Part shown: one piece after another, positions 1 to 10,513 of the stretch | How positions within the stretch are numbered: position 1 is the first letter of the stretch | How the letters are laid out: the number at the start of each line of letters is the position of its first letter | Origin: Candidatus Micrarchaeota archaeon | Lineage (GTDB): Archaea; Micrarchaeota; Micrarchaeia; Anstonellales; Bilamarchaeaceae | Assembly (NCBI GenBank): GCA_043812915.1 | Contig: JBDRLQ010000020.1 | Span: forward strand, 1 to 64,000 | Direction of reading: 5' to 3' | DNA: 64,000 nucleotides | Program-made: the position numbers and the translations under genes | Notes under the pieces: generated by a model | Told to the model about the DNA's origin: nothing | The model's database searches: none | Seen by the model: the letters and a program-made list of their open reading frames with translations, nothing else

Positions 1-86
1 TTCTTCTTTTTTGATTTTTTTCTACCTTTCTTTTCCTTCTTTGTGCTGCCGGCAATTACTTTTTCCAATATTTGTGCTATTTTCAT
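1..86 (-). CDS. 5' part of a gene running off the left edge; Lys-rich N-terminus (MKIAQILEKVIAGSTKKEKKGRKKSKKK...)
   Basis: ATG at 86 on the minus strand, open frame to position 1; shares an AT-rich divergent intergenic region (tttttaaa ~124-130) with the next gene. Confidence 0.55.
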   Translation of the reverse strand, partial: MKIAQILEKVIAGSTKKEKKGRKKSKKK

Positions 87-160
87 GTATTTGTGTAACT
101 TTGTTGAGCGATGTGGTCTAGCTTTTTAAACCTATCTCCACATATTCATATGAGAGAGGG

Positions 161-2173
161 GTGAGGTATTTGTCTAATGGCAAAATAACTGTAGATGAAC
201 CTATGATTAGCACTGACGTTGACCAGATGATTAAGATCATCTCCCAGAAGAAGAAGCTGAGGCTCAATGAGCTCCAGGGTCTTGTGGATATCGACAGGAA
301 GAACGTTGAGAAATGGGTACGTGTTCTTGAGGATGAGGGTTACATTAGCATCGAGTATGGAATGACCGGCACCTACATAGTTTGGACCGGCACTCCGCAT
401 GCAGATGAGGAGCTGGAAGACCTCCAGGAAAACGATGAGCTGATTTCTGAAATCGTGGAAGGGCAGGCTGAGCTATACAGGCCCGAGGAAATCGTGGCTC
501 CTGTTGAGGAGGAGCCCAAGCTGACCGAGATTCCGGAAATGGAATCTGCACCGGAGGAAGAGGCGCCTCAGGAAGAGGAGCAAACTGATGAGTATGAGGA
601 CTCGCTGGAGTTCCCCAGTTATGATGATGTGGATGTTTCCACAGAGGAACTTCACGAGGATCCGATTCCAGAGGACATGAGCCATGAGGATGAGGCTCCA
701 CTGGAGGCTTCCGGAGACCCTGAGCTTGAGCTTGCGCTTGACGAGCAGGAAGCGGATGAGAAGGAGCCCGAGAGCGCGCTTGATGATTATCTATCAAGGA
801 AGAGGAGGCAGGCCATCAGTGGCAACTCCAACCTGAAATCGAACATCCTGGGGAATCTCGATGATGAGATTGAGAGCACCAATCAGCTGGCCAATGATAC
901 CGCTGTTTCGGATGATTCGGATGGCGGCCACCCAATCCGGGATGAACTTCCTGAAGTGAAGGAGGAGCCCGAGATTATGGGCACTGTCCATGAAATTCAT
1001 GACATGATTGATGAGCCCGAAGGAGCCATGCAGGCGCAGGTGAGGGTGAAGCCGCGCAGCATGTATTCGGAGACCAGTTCCAGGGAGCTGATTAACGCTT
1101 ACCTTGATGAAATCAACAAGGAGAAGGCGGAGATTGCAAGGCTCTCCAGGGATAAGGATAGGCTCTATCGGGAGAAGCTGTCCGGCCTTGAGGCCAGGAT
1201 GGAGACTGACCTTGCGTCGCTTACCCACCACGTTCTTGAGAGGCAGGCGAGGATTGCGGAGATAAAGGGCAATGTCCTCAGCCTGCCGGACAAGGTCGAT
1301 GAGGTCGATCGCCTGCAGCAGCAGATGAACGCGCTTGGCCAGGAGGGCCGCGAGGCCATTGCGAGGACCTCGGAGGTGGTCGGCGGGTACCTTTCCACGC
1401 TAACGGCTTCCAGGGACGCTGTGAAGGCGAAAATGGACGAGGGCCGCGCAATAATCCAGAAGGAGAAGGACAAGCTGGGGGAGCTCGAGAGGCTCACCAA
1501 TTCAGCAGAGGCCAAGACCGAGAAGATCCGGGCCTCTGTCGAGGCAACAAAAGCGCAGATTGACGAGCTCTCCGAAGGGATGAAGAGCATGCTCTCAGAC
1601 CTCGAGGAAGCCACCGAGATGAAGGTCGAGGTTGCAGAGATGGCGGAGCAGCTCAAGGAGCAGCTTGAGGAGCGTGAAGTGGATATTGATTCGCTTGAGG
1701 CCGACCTGGAGGAGATTGCCAAGATTGAGCACTGGGCCATGGAATATCTGGGCGACTATGAGCAGAAAATCGGGGAGCTTGAGCAGTATGTTGCTAAGAG
1801 CGAGGACGAGCTTGCAACCGTGAGGGAAGCTGCCGAGGCGGCGTACATGAAAAAGTACCTCAAGGAGCTCGAGAGCATGACCGACGCATACAATTCCGAA
1901 CTTTCGGCTACCCTCAGGGACGAGTCCGACATCGAGGAGAAAATCTCCGGTGCGAGGGTGAGGCTAACGCGCCTGGTCAAGGAAAGCCAGGCTGCCATCA
2001 GGAAGCTTCATGGGGATGACGATTCCCCCGACTTCGAGACTGTCAAGAGCCGTGTGAAGGCTAAGACCTCCAGGGTCAGGAAGACAGTTTCCGAGAAGTC
2101 CGGCGAGAGGAAGAGGCTGGTGGAAGACGTCGGCAAGAGGCGTGCGAAGAAGGGCAGGAAGAAAAAGAAATAG
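161..2173 (+). CDS. Hypothetical protein: N-terminal winged-helix-like domain, long acidic linker, long coiled coil, basic C-terminal tail
   Basis: 670-aa ORF; 'LNELQGLVDIDRKNVEKWVRVLEDEGYISIEY' wHTH-like pattern; heptad-rich C-terminal half; followed by oligo-T. Confidence 0.85.
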   Translation: MRYLSNGKITVDEPMISTDVDQMIKIISQKKKLRLNELQGLVDIDRKNVEKWVRVLEDEGYISIEYGMTGTYIVWTGTPHADEELEDLQENDELISEIVEGQAELYRPEEIVAPVEEEPKLTEIPEMESAPEEEAPQEEEQTDEYEDSLEFPSYDDVDVSTEELHEDPIPEDMSHEDEAPLEASGDPELELALDEQEADEKEPESALDDYLSRKRRQAISGNSNLKSNILGNLDDEIESTNQLANDTAVSDDSDGGHPIRDELPEVKEEPEIMGTVHEIHDMIDEPEGAMQAQVRVKPRSMYSETSSRELINAYLDEINKEKAEIARLSRDKDRLYREKLSGLEARMETDLASLTHHVLERQARIAEIKGNVLSLPDKVDEVDRLQQQMNALGQEGREAIARTSEVVGGYLSTLTASRDAVKAKMDEGRAIIQKEKDKLGELERLTNSAEAKTEKIRASVEATKAQIDELSEGMKSMLSDLEEATEMKVEVAEMAEQLKEQLEEREVDIDSLEADLEEIAKIEHWAMEYLGDYEQKIGELEQYVAKSEDELATVREAAEAAYMKKYLKELESMTDAYNSELSATLRDESDIEEKISGARVRLTRLVKESQAAIRKLHGDDDSPDFETVKSRVKAKTSRVRKTVSEKSGERKRLVEDVGKRRAKKGRKKKK

Positions 2174-2195
2174 CCCTCTTTTTTTAGGTTTTTCA

Positions 2196-3131
2196 ATGAA
2201 GAAGCTTACAATCCGCGGGCCGAGCCAGGCGGAGCGTATCCGGGCAAGCGATAGAAAGGAAATCCGTGAGAATTCGCTTGCAGAGCGGCCAGAATTCGGC
2301 CGGATGAAGCCTGCAATCGAGAAGATGGAGGCTCCTGCCAAGTCGCTCATGGAAAAGGCCAACAAAGGGGAAATGGCACTGCTCCCGACTGCTTTGACCC
2401 ATCAGGACATCGAGGGAATAATACTTTCGGGCCGCAAGGCGGCAATCGAGCTTGTCGCAATGGAAAAGAACGGGGGTGGTGGCGCTTACAGGGAGCTACT
2501 CCCTGAGAACCCCGGGCTCCTTAGAGAAGCCCTTCAGGAATTGCCGATGGATGGGCTACTCTCAAGAATAAAGAGAACCCTTGATAATGACCATCCTCTT
2601 GTCAGGACCGAGACCGCGCTGCTTCTTGCGGCAATCACGCTTGACGATGAGATTTTCGATTCGGGTTCCAGAAGCCGGGCATTCCAGATGCTGGCACTAA
2701 GCTCGCTTTCCAACAGCTGCACTGACGCGCTGATGCAGTGCTTTGGCCAAAATACGAATATTACAATCGTGCCTCCTTATACAATGAAATCGGCTCTGAC
2801 TGCCATCGGGGGTGGCGCTCTCGGCTTTGTCATAGAGGTAATCGCAACGAATGCTTCAGTCTCATCCCTGCTCTTTACCTTGGGTGGGGCGGCCGTCGGC
2901 GGGATGGCCTCCAGATTATATTATGGATTCAAGCACGCGAGAATCAGGAGGGAACGGATTGCGGCCAGGTCATTGAAAGCCCCTGCGGAAATCGATGCGC
3001 TCAAGCTCCTGAAAAAGGCAGAGGCTGAAAAAGCCCTGCTCCAGCATGAATCCAAGGAAGAAAAGGCTCTGCCAGCACCCGAGGGGGAAGTATATACGGC
3101 AAGGGACAAGCAGTTTCCCCTAAAGTGTTAG
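2196..3131 (+). CDS. Hypothetical membrane protein (two Gly-rich TM helices)
   Basis: ATG at 2196; hydrophobic 'ALTAIGGGALGFVIEVIA...LLFTLGGAAVGGMA' glycine-zipper-like segments. Confidence 0.7.
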   Translation: MKKLTIRGPSQAERIRASDRKEIRENSLAERPEFGRMKPAIEKMEAPAKSLMEKANKGEMALLPTALTHQDIEGIILSGRKAAIELVAMEKNGGGGAYRELLPENPGLLREALQELPMDGLLSRIKRTLDNDHPLVRTETALLLAAITLDDEIFDSGSRSRAFQMLALSSLSNSCTDALMQCFGQNTNITIVPPYTMKSALTAIGGGALGFVIEVIATNASVSSLLFTLGGAAVGGMASRLYYGFKHARIRRERIAARSLKAPAEIDALKLLKKAEAEKALLQHESKEEKALPAPEGEVYTARDKQFPLKC

Positions 3132-3626
3132 CTGGCTCTTGCTGCTTGTCCTAGAATCATCCACTATCGCGAGCCAGGAATCGCCGATTTTCATGAAATA
3201 GTTGCCGAAGGTCTTGCTCAGGCTGATTCTCATGGGCCTGAATTTCCTCTTGCTCTCCACAGGGACAAGCGTCTCCCTTTCAACCTTTATCATGCCGACC
3301 CTTCTTAGCCTCGGGAGCACCCTATTGTAGAATGTGGCCTTGGAGATCCCGTTCTCCCTGACGAACGCGGACGTCTCATCCCCAGAAAGCTGCACTTTGG
3401 CTGTTAGCAATTTCATGAAGGAGAATGCGGTCTCGAAGTACTTGGGCTGGTATTTCTTAGAGAAAATGAAGTTCACCACCTCCTCAAGCCTCCAGGTGTT
3501 CCTTGTCAAGTTCTCGTTCTTGTCCTGGAATGTCCGCAGCTCATCCGAGTTGTGCGGAGGGAGATAGATGGATTCTGAGGAAGGCACCCCTCGCGATGCA
3601 ATCTTCCGGCTTTCCTGCTCTTCCAT
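3120..3626 (-). CDS. Hypothetical protein, probable winged-helix DNA-binding protein
   Basis: 'FVRENGISKATFYNRVLPRLRRVGMIKVER' HTH plus wing pattern. Confidence 0.7.
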   Translation of the reverse strand: MEEQESRKIASRGVPSSESIYLPPHNSDELRTFQDKNENLTRNTWRLEEVVNFIFSKKYQPKYFETAFSFMKLLTAKVQLSGDETSAFVRENGISKATFYNRVLPRLRRVGMIKVERETLVPVESKRKFRPMRISLSKTFGNYFMKIGDSWLAIVDDSRTSSKSQLTL

Positions 3627-3671
3627 GGACCTAATAACCAGAGAAGGAATATAATGCTTGTTTCGGCCGGA

Positions 3672-3986
3672 CTAATCCCCGAACATGCTGACTCCAGCTG
3701 CGACGGTGGCCTCTTCATCCTCTATCTTCTTCTTCACCCTCTTCTGGACTTCTTCGGATGCGGGCTTTGCCAGGTCCTTTAGCCTCTCATCAGCCTTTTT
3801 GAGGAACTCATCAGAAGCCGAGATGTAGACAAAAATCTTCTCCTTGTCCTCTTCTATCATCAGGCCATCCTTCACCTTGTAGCCGGCCCGGGCGAAGCTG
3901 TCTTCGCTATACGGGTCTGCCTCGAGAATCCTAATCAGCTCTGCCTTCTTTGATGCGTCGCATTCGTATACCCTATCCATGTTCAT
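3672..3986 (-). CDS. Small hypothetical protein
   Basis: ATG overlaps the upstream gene's TGA (ATGA), GGAGGA RBS upstream; protein-like charged composition. Confidence 0.75.
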   Translation of the reverse strand: MNMDRVYECDASKKAELIRILEADPYSEDSFARAGYKVKDGLMIEEDKEKIFVYISASDEFLKKADERLKDLAKPASEEVQKRVKKKIEDEEATVAAGVSMFGD

Positions 3987-4726
3987 TCCTCCTGCATTAC
4001 CTGTGCTCCTCCCATCATCACGATGATGGCAGTGTATATTACGGGGTATAAGAAGAAAAGCGTTGCCAATTGGATGAGCGGAATGAAATTGAGCAGCCAC
4101 ATCAGGGCGAATACTATGAACAGCCCGATATAGCTGATATGCTTTGTCTTGAGCGTCCTGAATGCCCTGTGCATCGACTGGAACAAGCTCTCGTCAAAGG
4201 CTCCTGCCGCAACGAATGCGGGCGTGAATATGCAATGGAAGACGAAAATCCAGAACAGCGCGTAGATTGCGAGAACCGCGTCCATGAACTCCACGTTCTC
4301 AAGGAAGAAGAAATACACCGCGGCGGCCGGCCCGACAACGAGCAGGGTCAGCACGTCCCGGAGTATGAGAATCCCGAACATCACCGGGGCCTTGCGGATT
4401 GCGTATGCGTAGAACTCGGCAAGGCTGGTCCTGTTGGTGGTCAGCGCCTTGCGGTAGGTCATCGCCAGGCCTGCGCTCAATCCGCTGATGAAATACAGGA
4501 ACACAAATATGATTAGGCCCAGCACAATCATCGTCGGAATCTCATCGATGTCCACCGGGACATTTGCCAGTGAAGCGCCCATGAAATAAATCAGGAAGAA
4601 TCCTATTGCTGCCAGCAGGAACACTACCAGCATCAGTATGTATATCAGTGAGCCCCATATGAAGATGAACGGATGTTTTTTGTAAGCGTTAAATGACTTA
4701 TTCAAGCTCTTTAGCAACAATATCAC
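3983..4726 (-). CDS. Polytopic membrane protein of unknown function
   Basis: 247 aa with about 5-6 hydrophobic helices. Confidence 0.8.
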   Translation of the reverse strand: MILLLKSLNKSFNAYKKHPFIFIWGSLIYILMLVVFLLAAIGFFLIYFMGASLANVPVDIDEIPTMIVLGLIIFVFLYFISGLSAGLAMTYRKALTTNRTSLAEFYAYAIRKAPVMFGILILRDVLTLLVVGPAAAVYFFFLENVEFMDAVLAIYALFWIFVFHCIFTPAFVAAGAFDESLFQSMHRAFRTLKTKHISYIGLFIVFALMWLLNFIPLIQLATLFFLYPVIYTAIIVMMGGAQVMQEE

Positions 4727-4789
4727 CTGACATTAGAGCTACAAAAGGAAAATATTTAAACCACGCCCATCAATTCCCGTCTGAGTGAT

Positions 4790-6256
4790 ATGATAAAAGT
4801 ACCACGCTGCATGAGCACACAGCATCCGGATAACGTTACATCGCCCTTTTTCTCCGACAGTGAGATTATCGCGGGCGAGGGGGAAGTGAAGGAGGCGTTC
4901 TACGTTTTCTCACAGCTTGGCATAACCGAGCAGATGTGGGACAGCGAAGGGAAGGAGGTTGACAACCAGGTGGTTGAGAAGCTCCTCTCGAGGTACACCT
5001 CTTTCTTCAGAAGGCATCCTCTTGGAAAGGACTTCTTCCTGACATACAGGGTCCCGAACCCTTCGGTGGAGAAAGGGCAGGGAAAAATCCTCCTCGAGAC
5101 GCTGCACAGCATTCCGAGGGCATATGATGTTGCCACCATGCTCAATCCGAGCATAGCCCCGGTCTTCGAGGTAATCCTTCCTATGACCACTTCGGCCAAC
5201 GAGATTGAGAGGGTGAAGAACTACTACGAGAAGATAATCATCGGGCAGAAGAATTCGAAGCTTGGCCCAAAGGACCTTTCGGTAAAGGAGTGGGTGGGCG
5301 ATTTCCAGCCGGAGAGCATCAATGTCATCCCCCTTTTCGAGGATTATGGAGCCTTTACCAACGCGCATGTAATACTGGATAAGTATCTCAATGGAAAGAG
5401 GCAGGAATATCAGCGCGTCTTCCTTGCAAGAAGCGACCCTGCGCTGAATTATGGCTCTGTGAGCGCGGTTCTGCTTGCGAAAGTCACCCTCATGAAACTG
5501 CACGACCTGCAGGAGAAGCTGTCAATCGACATTCTTCCTATAATAGGTGTAGGCTCCGCGCCTTTCCGCGGCAACTTCGCCCCTGACAAGGTCAGCAACT
5601 GCGGTGAGGAGTATCCCAGCGTGCAGACCTACACCCTGCAGTCATCATTCAAATACGACCATCCGTTCAGGGACGTTTCCAATGCGGTAGATATTCTGGA
5701 GCACATGCGGAGAATGCCCCCCCTCCCAATAGATGAGAAAAAGGCGCTCAGGTACATGGAGAAGATCAAAAGGGAGTACCAGAAGCAGATTGCCTCCATG
5801 GCAGACACAATAAATGGGATTGCCCAATACATCCCATCAAAGCGCGCAAGGAAGCTGCACGTCGGCCTCTTCGGGTATGCCCGTTCGCTCAAGGGCATCT
5901 CCTTGCCAAGGGCAATCAATTTCTGCGCCTCGTTCTATTCAATCGGGATACCCCCAGAACTTCTAGGGCTCAGCGGCCTCACTGAGAAAGAGTTCGATGA
6001 TGTCCATAGCATCTACACCAAGATGGATTATGATTTGGCGGATTCGGTGCGCTTCCTGAACAAGAGCAACCTTGATAAGATGCCGCAATCCGTCCGCCAT
6101 GGGATAGAAAAAGTGCTTGGCTGGATGGAATATGAGCCGGATTCGGAATACTGTGAGACCACCTCCCGCATCTACGCGAATTATCTCAAAGGCCGGAGCG
6201 CCACCCTTTCGGAGGATATTAAGTCGGCTGCCTGGATGAGGAAATTCCTCGGCTGA
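4790..6256 (+). CDS. ppcA: Archaeal-type phosphoenolpyruvate carboxylase
   Basis: 'PRCMSTQHPDN', 'QMWDSEGK', 'RVFLARSDPALNYG', 'GVGSAPFRG', 'LPRAI' PpcA motifs; 488 aa. Confidence 0.95.
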   Translation: MIKVPRCMSTQHPDNVTSPFFSDSEIIAGEGEVKEAFYVFSQLGITEQMWDSEGKEVDNQVVEKLLSRYTSFFRRHPLGKDFFLTYRVPNPSVEKGQGKILLETLHSIPRAYDVATMLNPSIAPVFEVILPMTTSANEIERVKNYYEKIIIGQKNSKLGPKDLSVKEWVGDFQPESINVIPLFEDYGAFTNAHVILDKYLNGKRQEYQRVFLARSDPALNYGSVSAVLLAKVTLMKLHDLQEKLSIDILPIIGVGSAPFRGNFAPDKVSNCGEEYPSVQTYTLQSSFKYDHPFRDVSNAVDILEHMRRMPPLPIDEKKALRYMEKIKREYQKQIASMADTINGIAQYIPSKRARKLHVGLFGYARSLKGISLPRAINFCASFYSIGIPPELLGLSGLTEKEFDDVHSIYTKMDYDLADSVRFLNKSNLDKMPQSVRHGIEKVLGWMEYEPDSEYCETTSRIYANYLKGRSATLSEDIKSAAWMRKFLG

Positions 6257-6304
6257 ATCCGCCCGAGCCATCCTTTAAATCTGTATGCAGGCATATTGGG
6301 GATT

Positions 6305-7555
6305 ATGTCAGAGAAAGTGATACTTGCCTACTCCGGAGGCCTCGACACATCAGTTATCCTGAGATACCTTCTTGACAAAGGGTATGACGTCATCGCGTTT
6401 GTCGCCAACGTGGGGCAGGAGGAGGATTTCGACGCCGTCAGGGAGAAGGCCAAGAGGATTGGCGCCTCCAAGGTCTACCTAGCAGACCTTCGTGAGGAGT
6501 TTGTAACCAGCTACATTTTCCAGGCGCTAAAAGCCAATGCGGTTTATGAAGGGAGATATCTCCTTGGAACCGCGCTCGCAAGGCCACTGATTGCGAAAGA
6601 GCAGATAGAAATCGCCAGGAAGGAAGGTGCAACGCTTGTTTCTCATGGTGCTACCGGCAAGGGGAATGACCAGGTGAGATTCGAGTTCGCCTATTTCGCA
6701 CTTGATCCGGCGATAAAGGTTTATGCCCCCTGGAAGGATTCAGAGTTCCTGGGGAAGTTCAAGGGAAGGCAGGACCTGCTCGCATACGCCAAGGAGAACG
6801 GAATCCCGGTCAAGGCAACGGCCACAAAATCATACAGCGAGGATGACAACCTGATGCACATCAGCCATGAAGCTGGCATACTTGAGGATCCAGTATCAGC
6901 GTGCCCAGCGGATGTCTACTCAAAGACGAAGAGCCCGTTGGAAGCTCCGGACAAGCTCACAACAATCAGGATAACCTTCAAGGACGGGCTCCCTGTGATG
7001 GTTGAGAACAAGGAGGAAAAAATCAGGAAGAAGAATCCCCTTGAGCTGTACGAATACCTAAACAAGGTGGGCTCCGAGAATGGCATCGGCCGCCTTGACA
7101 TGGTGGAGAACCGGTATGTCGGGATTAAGTCCAGAGGAGTTTATGAATCGCCAGGGGCGAAAATCCTCTGGGAGGCCCACAGGGACCTGGAAGGCATCGC
7201 GATGGACAAGGAGGTCATGCACCTGCGAGACATGCTCGTGCCGAAGTTCGCAGAGCTCATCTACAATGGATACTGGTTCAGCCCTGAAATGGATTTCCTG
7301 ATGTCCGCGATAAACCGCAGCCAGGAATTGATTGATGGCTGGGTGGATCTCGAAATCTACAAGGGGAATGCGATGCCCGTTGCAAGGAGCTCTCCTGCTT
7401 CATTATACAACAAGGATTTGGCCAGCATGGACATAGAAGGCGGATTCGACCAGAGGGACTCGGCCGGCTTCATCAACATCAACGGGCTGCGGCTCAAGGC
7501 GCACAAAGCGATAATCGACAAGGGCGGCCTTGGAAAATACCAGGTGGAAGAATGA
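6305..7555 (+). CDS. argG: Argininosuccinate synthase
   Basis: '[10 protein letters not shown]', '[14 protein letters not shown]', '[14 protein letters not shown]'. Confidence 0.97.
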   Translation: MSEKVILAYSGGLDTSVILRYLLDKGYDVIAFVANVGQEEDFDAVREKAKRIGASKVYLADLREEFVTSYIFQALKANAVYEGRYLLGTALARPLIAKEQIEIARKEGATLVSHGATGKGNDQVRFEFAYFALDPAIKVYAPWKDSEFLGKFKGRQDLLAYAKENGIPVKATATKSYSEDDNLMHISHEAGILEDPVSACPADVYSKTKSPLEAPDKLTTIRITFKDGLPVMVENKEEKIRKKNPLELYEYLNKVGSENGIGRLDMVENRYVGIKSRGVYESPGAKILWEAHRDLEGIAMDKEVMHLRDMLVPKFAELIYNGYWFSPEMDFLMSAINRSQELIDGWVDLEIYKGNAMPVARSSPASLYNKDLASMDIEGGFDQRDSAGFININGLRLKAHKAIIDKGGLGKYQVEE

Positions 7556-8739
7556 AGCTCTGGCAGAAGACTGGGAAGAAGCTTGACCTGGATGTCGAGA
7601 GATATACGATCGGCGATGACTATTTGCTGGACCTGGAACTGGTCCCCTTTGATGTTAGGGCATCGAAAGCCCATGCCAGAATGCTCTGCTCAAAGGGATA
7701 CCTTTCAAAGGCCGAGCTTTCCAGAATCGTTTCCGCGCTTGATGACATCCTGAATCTGCATTCAAAGGGCAAGTTCGAAATACTGTCCCGGGATGAGGAC
7801 TGCCACACGGCTATAGAGAATTATCTTGTGAAAAAGCTGGGGGAAGCCGGCAAGAAGATTCACACCGCAAGGTCGAGGAATGACCAGAGCATGACCGCGC
7901 TCAGGCTCCTTTACAAGGAGCGGATGAAGGGGATCATCAATGAGCTAGGGGCACTCAGGAAAACACTTGGCAGTGCGGCGAAGAAGGCGAAGGGCCTCCC
8001 CATGCCCGGCTACACGCACACGCGCAGGGCCATGCCGACTACCGTAGGAGAATTCCTGCTGGCGTACGAGGGAATGCTCGCTGATGATCTGGCGATGGCG
8101 CAATTCGCATTGGCAGTGATTGACAAGAGCCCTCTGGGAAGCGCCGCGGGATTCGGGGTTCCGCTGAAAATAGATCGGGATATGACTGCCAGGGAGCTTG
8201 GATTCAAGTGCGTCCAGGAAAACCCAATCCACTGCGCGAATTCCCGGGGGAAATATGAATCTCTCGTGGTTGCGGCGTTGCTATCCGTAATGCAGAGCCT
8301 GAACCGGATGGCATCTGACCTCATCCTGTTTACGGCACCTGAATTCGGGTTCTTCAAGCTTCCTGACTCATTGTGTACAGGGAGCTCAATCATGCCCCAG
8401 AAGAGGAATCCCGATGTCCTTGAGCTTGTCCGCGCCAATGCGCACGTGGTGCATGGCAGCCTTGTCACGATAAACGGGATAATCATGGATGTCCCTAGCG
8501 GGTACAACCGGGACTACCAGCTAACCAAAGGGCCTGCCTTGAAATCCCTCCGGATTACTGTTGATTCGGTTAGAGTGATGGGGAAGGTGCTTTCTGCGCT
8601 AAAGCCTGATAGGAAAAGACTGGAGGCTTCGATGGCCCCGGAGCTTTTTGCAACCGAAAAGGCGTACAAACTCGTTGGGAAGGGGATGCCTTTTCGGGAA
8701 GCGTACAGGAAAGTGGCCAGCGAACTTATGGAAGAGTGA
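7552..8739 (+). CDS. argH: Argininosuccinate lyase (short form)
   Basis: '[10 protein letters not shown]', 'MPGYTH', '[12 protein letters not shown]'; ATGA overlap with argG. Confidence 0.95.
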   Translation: MKLWQKTGKKLDLDVERYTIGDDYLLDLELVPFDVRASKAHARMLCSKGYLSKAELSRIVSALDDILNLHSKGKFEILSRDEDCHTAIENYLVKKLGEAGKKIHTARSRNDQSMTALRLLYKERMKGIINELGALRKTLGSAAKKAKGLPMPGYTHTRRAMPTTVGEFLLAYEGMLADDLAMAQFALAVIDKSPLGSAAGFGVPLKIDRDMTARELGFKCVQENPIHCANSRGKYESLVVAALLSVMQSLNRMASDLILFTAPEFGFFKLPDSLCTGSSIMPQKRNPDVLELVRANAHVVHGSLVTINGIIMDVPSGYNRDYQLTKGPALKSLRITVDSVRVMGKVLSALKPDRKRLEASMAPELFATEKAYKLVGKGMPFREAYRKVASELMEE

Positions 8740-8744
8740 ACTGC

Positions 8745-9881
8745 ATGTTAGACGTAATTGAGCTGCATCGGAAACTCAAGGGAAAGATATCGATTGCCGC
8801 AAAGGCGCCGATAAGGAACACCGAAGACCTGTCCACCCTTTACACCCCGGGAGTTGCCGAGCCTTGCCGGCAAATTGCCAAGGACAGGAAGCTTGCCTAT
8901 GATTTGACAATGAAGGGGAATACGGTCGCGATAGTCACTGACGGCACCCGTGTTCTTGGCCTTGGGGATATCGGCCCTGAGGCTGCCCTTCCGGTGATGG
9001 AAGGCAAGGCGCTAATCATGCAACAGTTCGCCGGGATAGATGCCTTCCCCATCTGCCTTGCCGAAAAGGACACGGGCAAGATTGTGGAAATCGTGAAGGC
9101 AATTGCTCCCGTATTCGGGGCAATAAACCTTGAGGATATAGAGACCCCCAAGGTATTCGAGATTGAAAGAAGGCTCACTGAAGAGCTTGACATCCCGGTT
9201 TTCCATGACGACCAGCATGGGACCGCGATAGTGGTCCTTGCCGGGCTCTACAATGCCCTTAAGATTGCAGGAAAGGGGACTGATGTCAAAATCGCCCTGG
9301 TTGGCGCCGGAAGCGCGGGCTATGGAATCGCCAAGCTCCTCCATGCGGCAGGATTCAGGGACATAATATCTTTCGATAGCAAGGGCGCCCTCCACAAGGG
9401 CAGGGAAAACCTTTCCGGGCAGAAGCTGGAGCTGGCAGGCTTCAACAAGGAAAACTATTCCGGGAAGCTTGCAGAATTCACTGGCGCAGACGTAATAATC
9501 TCCGCGGCTTCCCCGGGTTCGCTCCCACTGGAAGCAGTGAAGGCGATGAGCAAGCCATCCATAGTTTTCGCCCTGGCCAATCCGATTTCGGAGATTTCGC
9601 TTGAGCAGGCAAAGGAGCTTCAGATAGACATATTCGGGACTGGGAGGAGCGATTATCCAAACCAGATAAACAACTCGCTCTGCTTCCCTGGGTTCCTGAG
9701 GGCACTGCTTGACCTGAGGGTGACAAGAATCACGAATGAGATGAAGATTGCCGCCGCCAAGGGGATAGCCGGGACCGTGACGGAAATGGAACTGAAGAAA
9801 GGAAAGATTGTGCCTGATGCCTTCAATAAGAAAGTACCAGAAGAGATAATGAAAAAAGTGGGTGATGCAATTGGCAGATAA
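8745..9881 (+). CDS. NAD(P)-dependent malic enzyme
   Basis: 'YTPGVAEPC', 'VTDGTRVLGLGDIG', 'PVMEGK', 'FHDDQHGT', 'GRSDYPNQINN'. Confidence 0.93.
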   Translation: MLDVIELHRKLKGKISIAAKAPIRNTEDLSTLYTPGVAEPCRQIAKDRKLAYDLTMKGNTVAIVTDGTRVLGLGDIGPEAALPVMEGKALIMQQFAGIDAFPICLAEKDTGKIVEIVKAIAPVFGAINLEDIETPKVFEIERRLTEELDIPVFHDDQHGTAIVVLAGLYNALKIAGKGTDVKIALVGAGSAGYGIAKLLHAAGFRDIISFDSKGALHKGRENLSGQKLELAGFNKENYSGKLAEFTGADVIISAASPGSLPLEAVKAMSKPSIVFALANPISEISLEQAKELQIDIFGTGRSDYPNQINNSLCFPGFLRALLDLRVTRITNEMKIAAAKGIAGTVTEMELKKGKIVPDAFNKKVPEEIMKKVGDAIGR

Positions 9882-10512
9882 CACTATGTTCCTGGAAAGG
9901 ATTCCCGGCTGGTTCAGGGGGTATTTCAATTACAAGGACCTTCCTGGATTTTTAGGTAAGGAGAAGGCGAAAGGCGGGCTTGTTGAGGCGGTTTTCCTGT
10001 ATGTGATCATCGCGACCCTTGCCCTTATCACCAGTTTCCTTTATTTGCAGGCGATGGGCTCGGCCACCTTCAGCCAGGTTTTTGGCTCTTCTGGGGGGCT
10101 GCAGGCGGCGGTGCCTGATTTCAGCCCGCTCGGAATCACGTTCCAGTATGTCAGCGGCATGGCCGAGTTCTTCCTGCTATCAGCATTCCTGTTCGGGGCC
10201 GCGCGGTTCCTTGGGGGGAATGGGAGTTTCAAGGGCCAGACATACCTGCTTGCGGTAACCGCATTCGTTTTCTCGGTAATATCGTTCCCGGTTATGAGCT
10301 TTGTGTTCTTCCTTCCGGTTGAGCTTGTATGCATACTGTACATCCCGCTATTGCTGCTCTCGCTCTACAGTTTCTATGTGCTCTACCAGATGATAAAGGC
10401 CGTGCACACGCTCACAAGGTGGACTGCCATCGCTGTGCTGGTGGTATATGTGATAGCGACGTACATCCTGAGCGCGCTGAGCCTGATTGCGAAGATGGCC
10501 CTGGGCGTGTAG
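9862..10512 (+). CDS. Yip1-like membrane protein
   Basis: About five TM helices with the 'ARFLGGNGSFKGQTY' loop typical of Yip1-domain proteins. Confidence 0.7.
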   Translation: MMQLADNTMFLERIPGWFRGYFNYKDLPGFLGKEKAKGGLVEAVFLYVIIATLALITSFLYLQAMGSATFSQVFGSSGGLQAAVPDFSPLGITFQYVSGMAEFFLLSAFLFGAARFLGGNGSFKGQTYLLAVTAFVFSVISFPVMSFVFFLPVELVCILYIPLLLLSLYSFYVLYQMIKAVHTLTRWTAIAVLVVYVIATYILSALSLIAKMALGV

Positions 10513-10513
10513 C

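Noticed and set aside
9012..9929. Long antisense ORFs (e.g. 9012-9929, 28666-29451, 56293-57204, 62704-63435)
   Set aside because: Shadows of better-supported genes on the opposite strand
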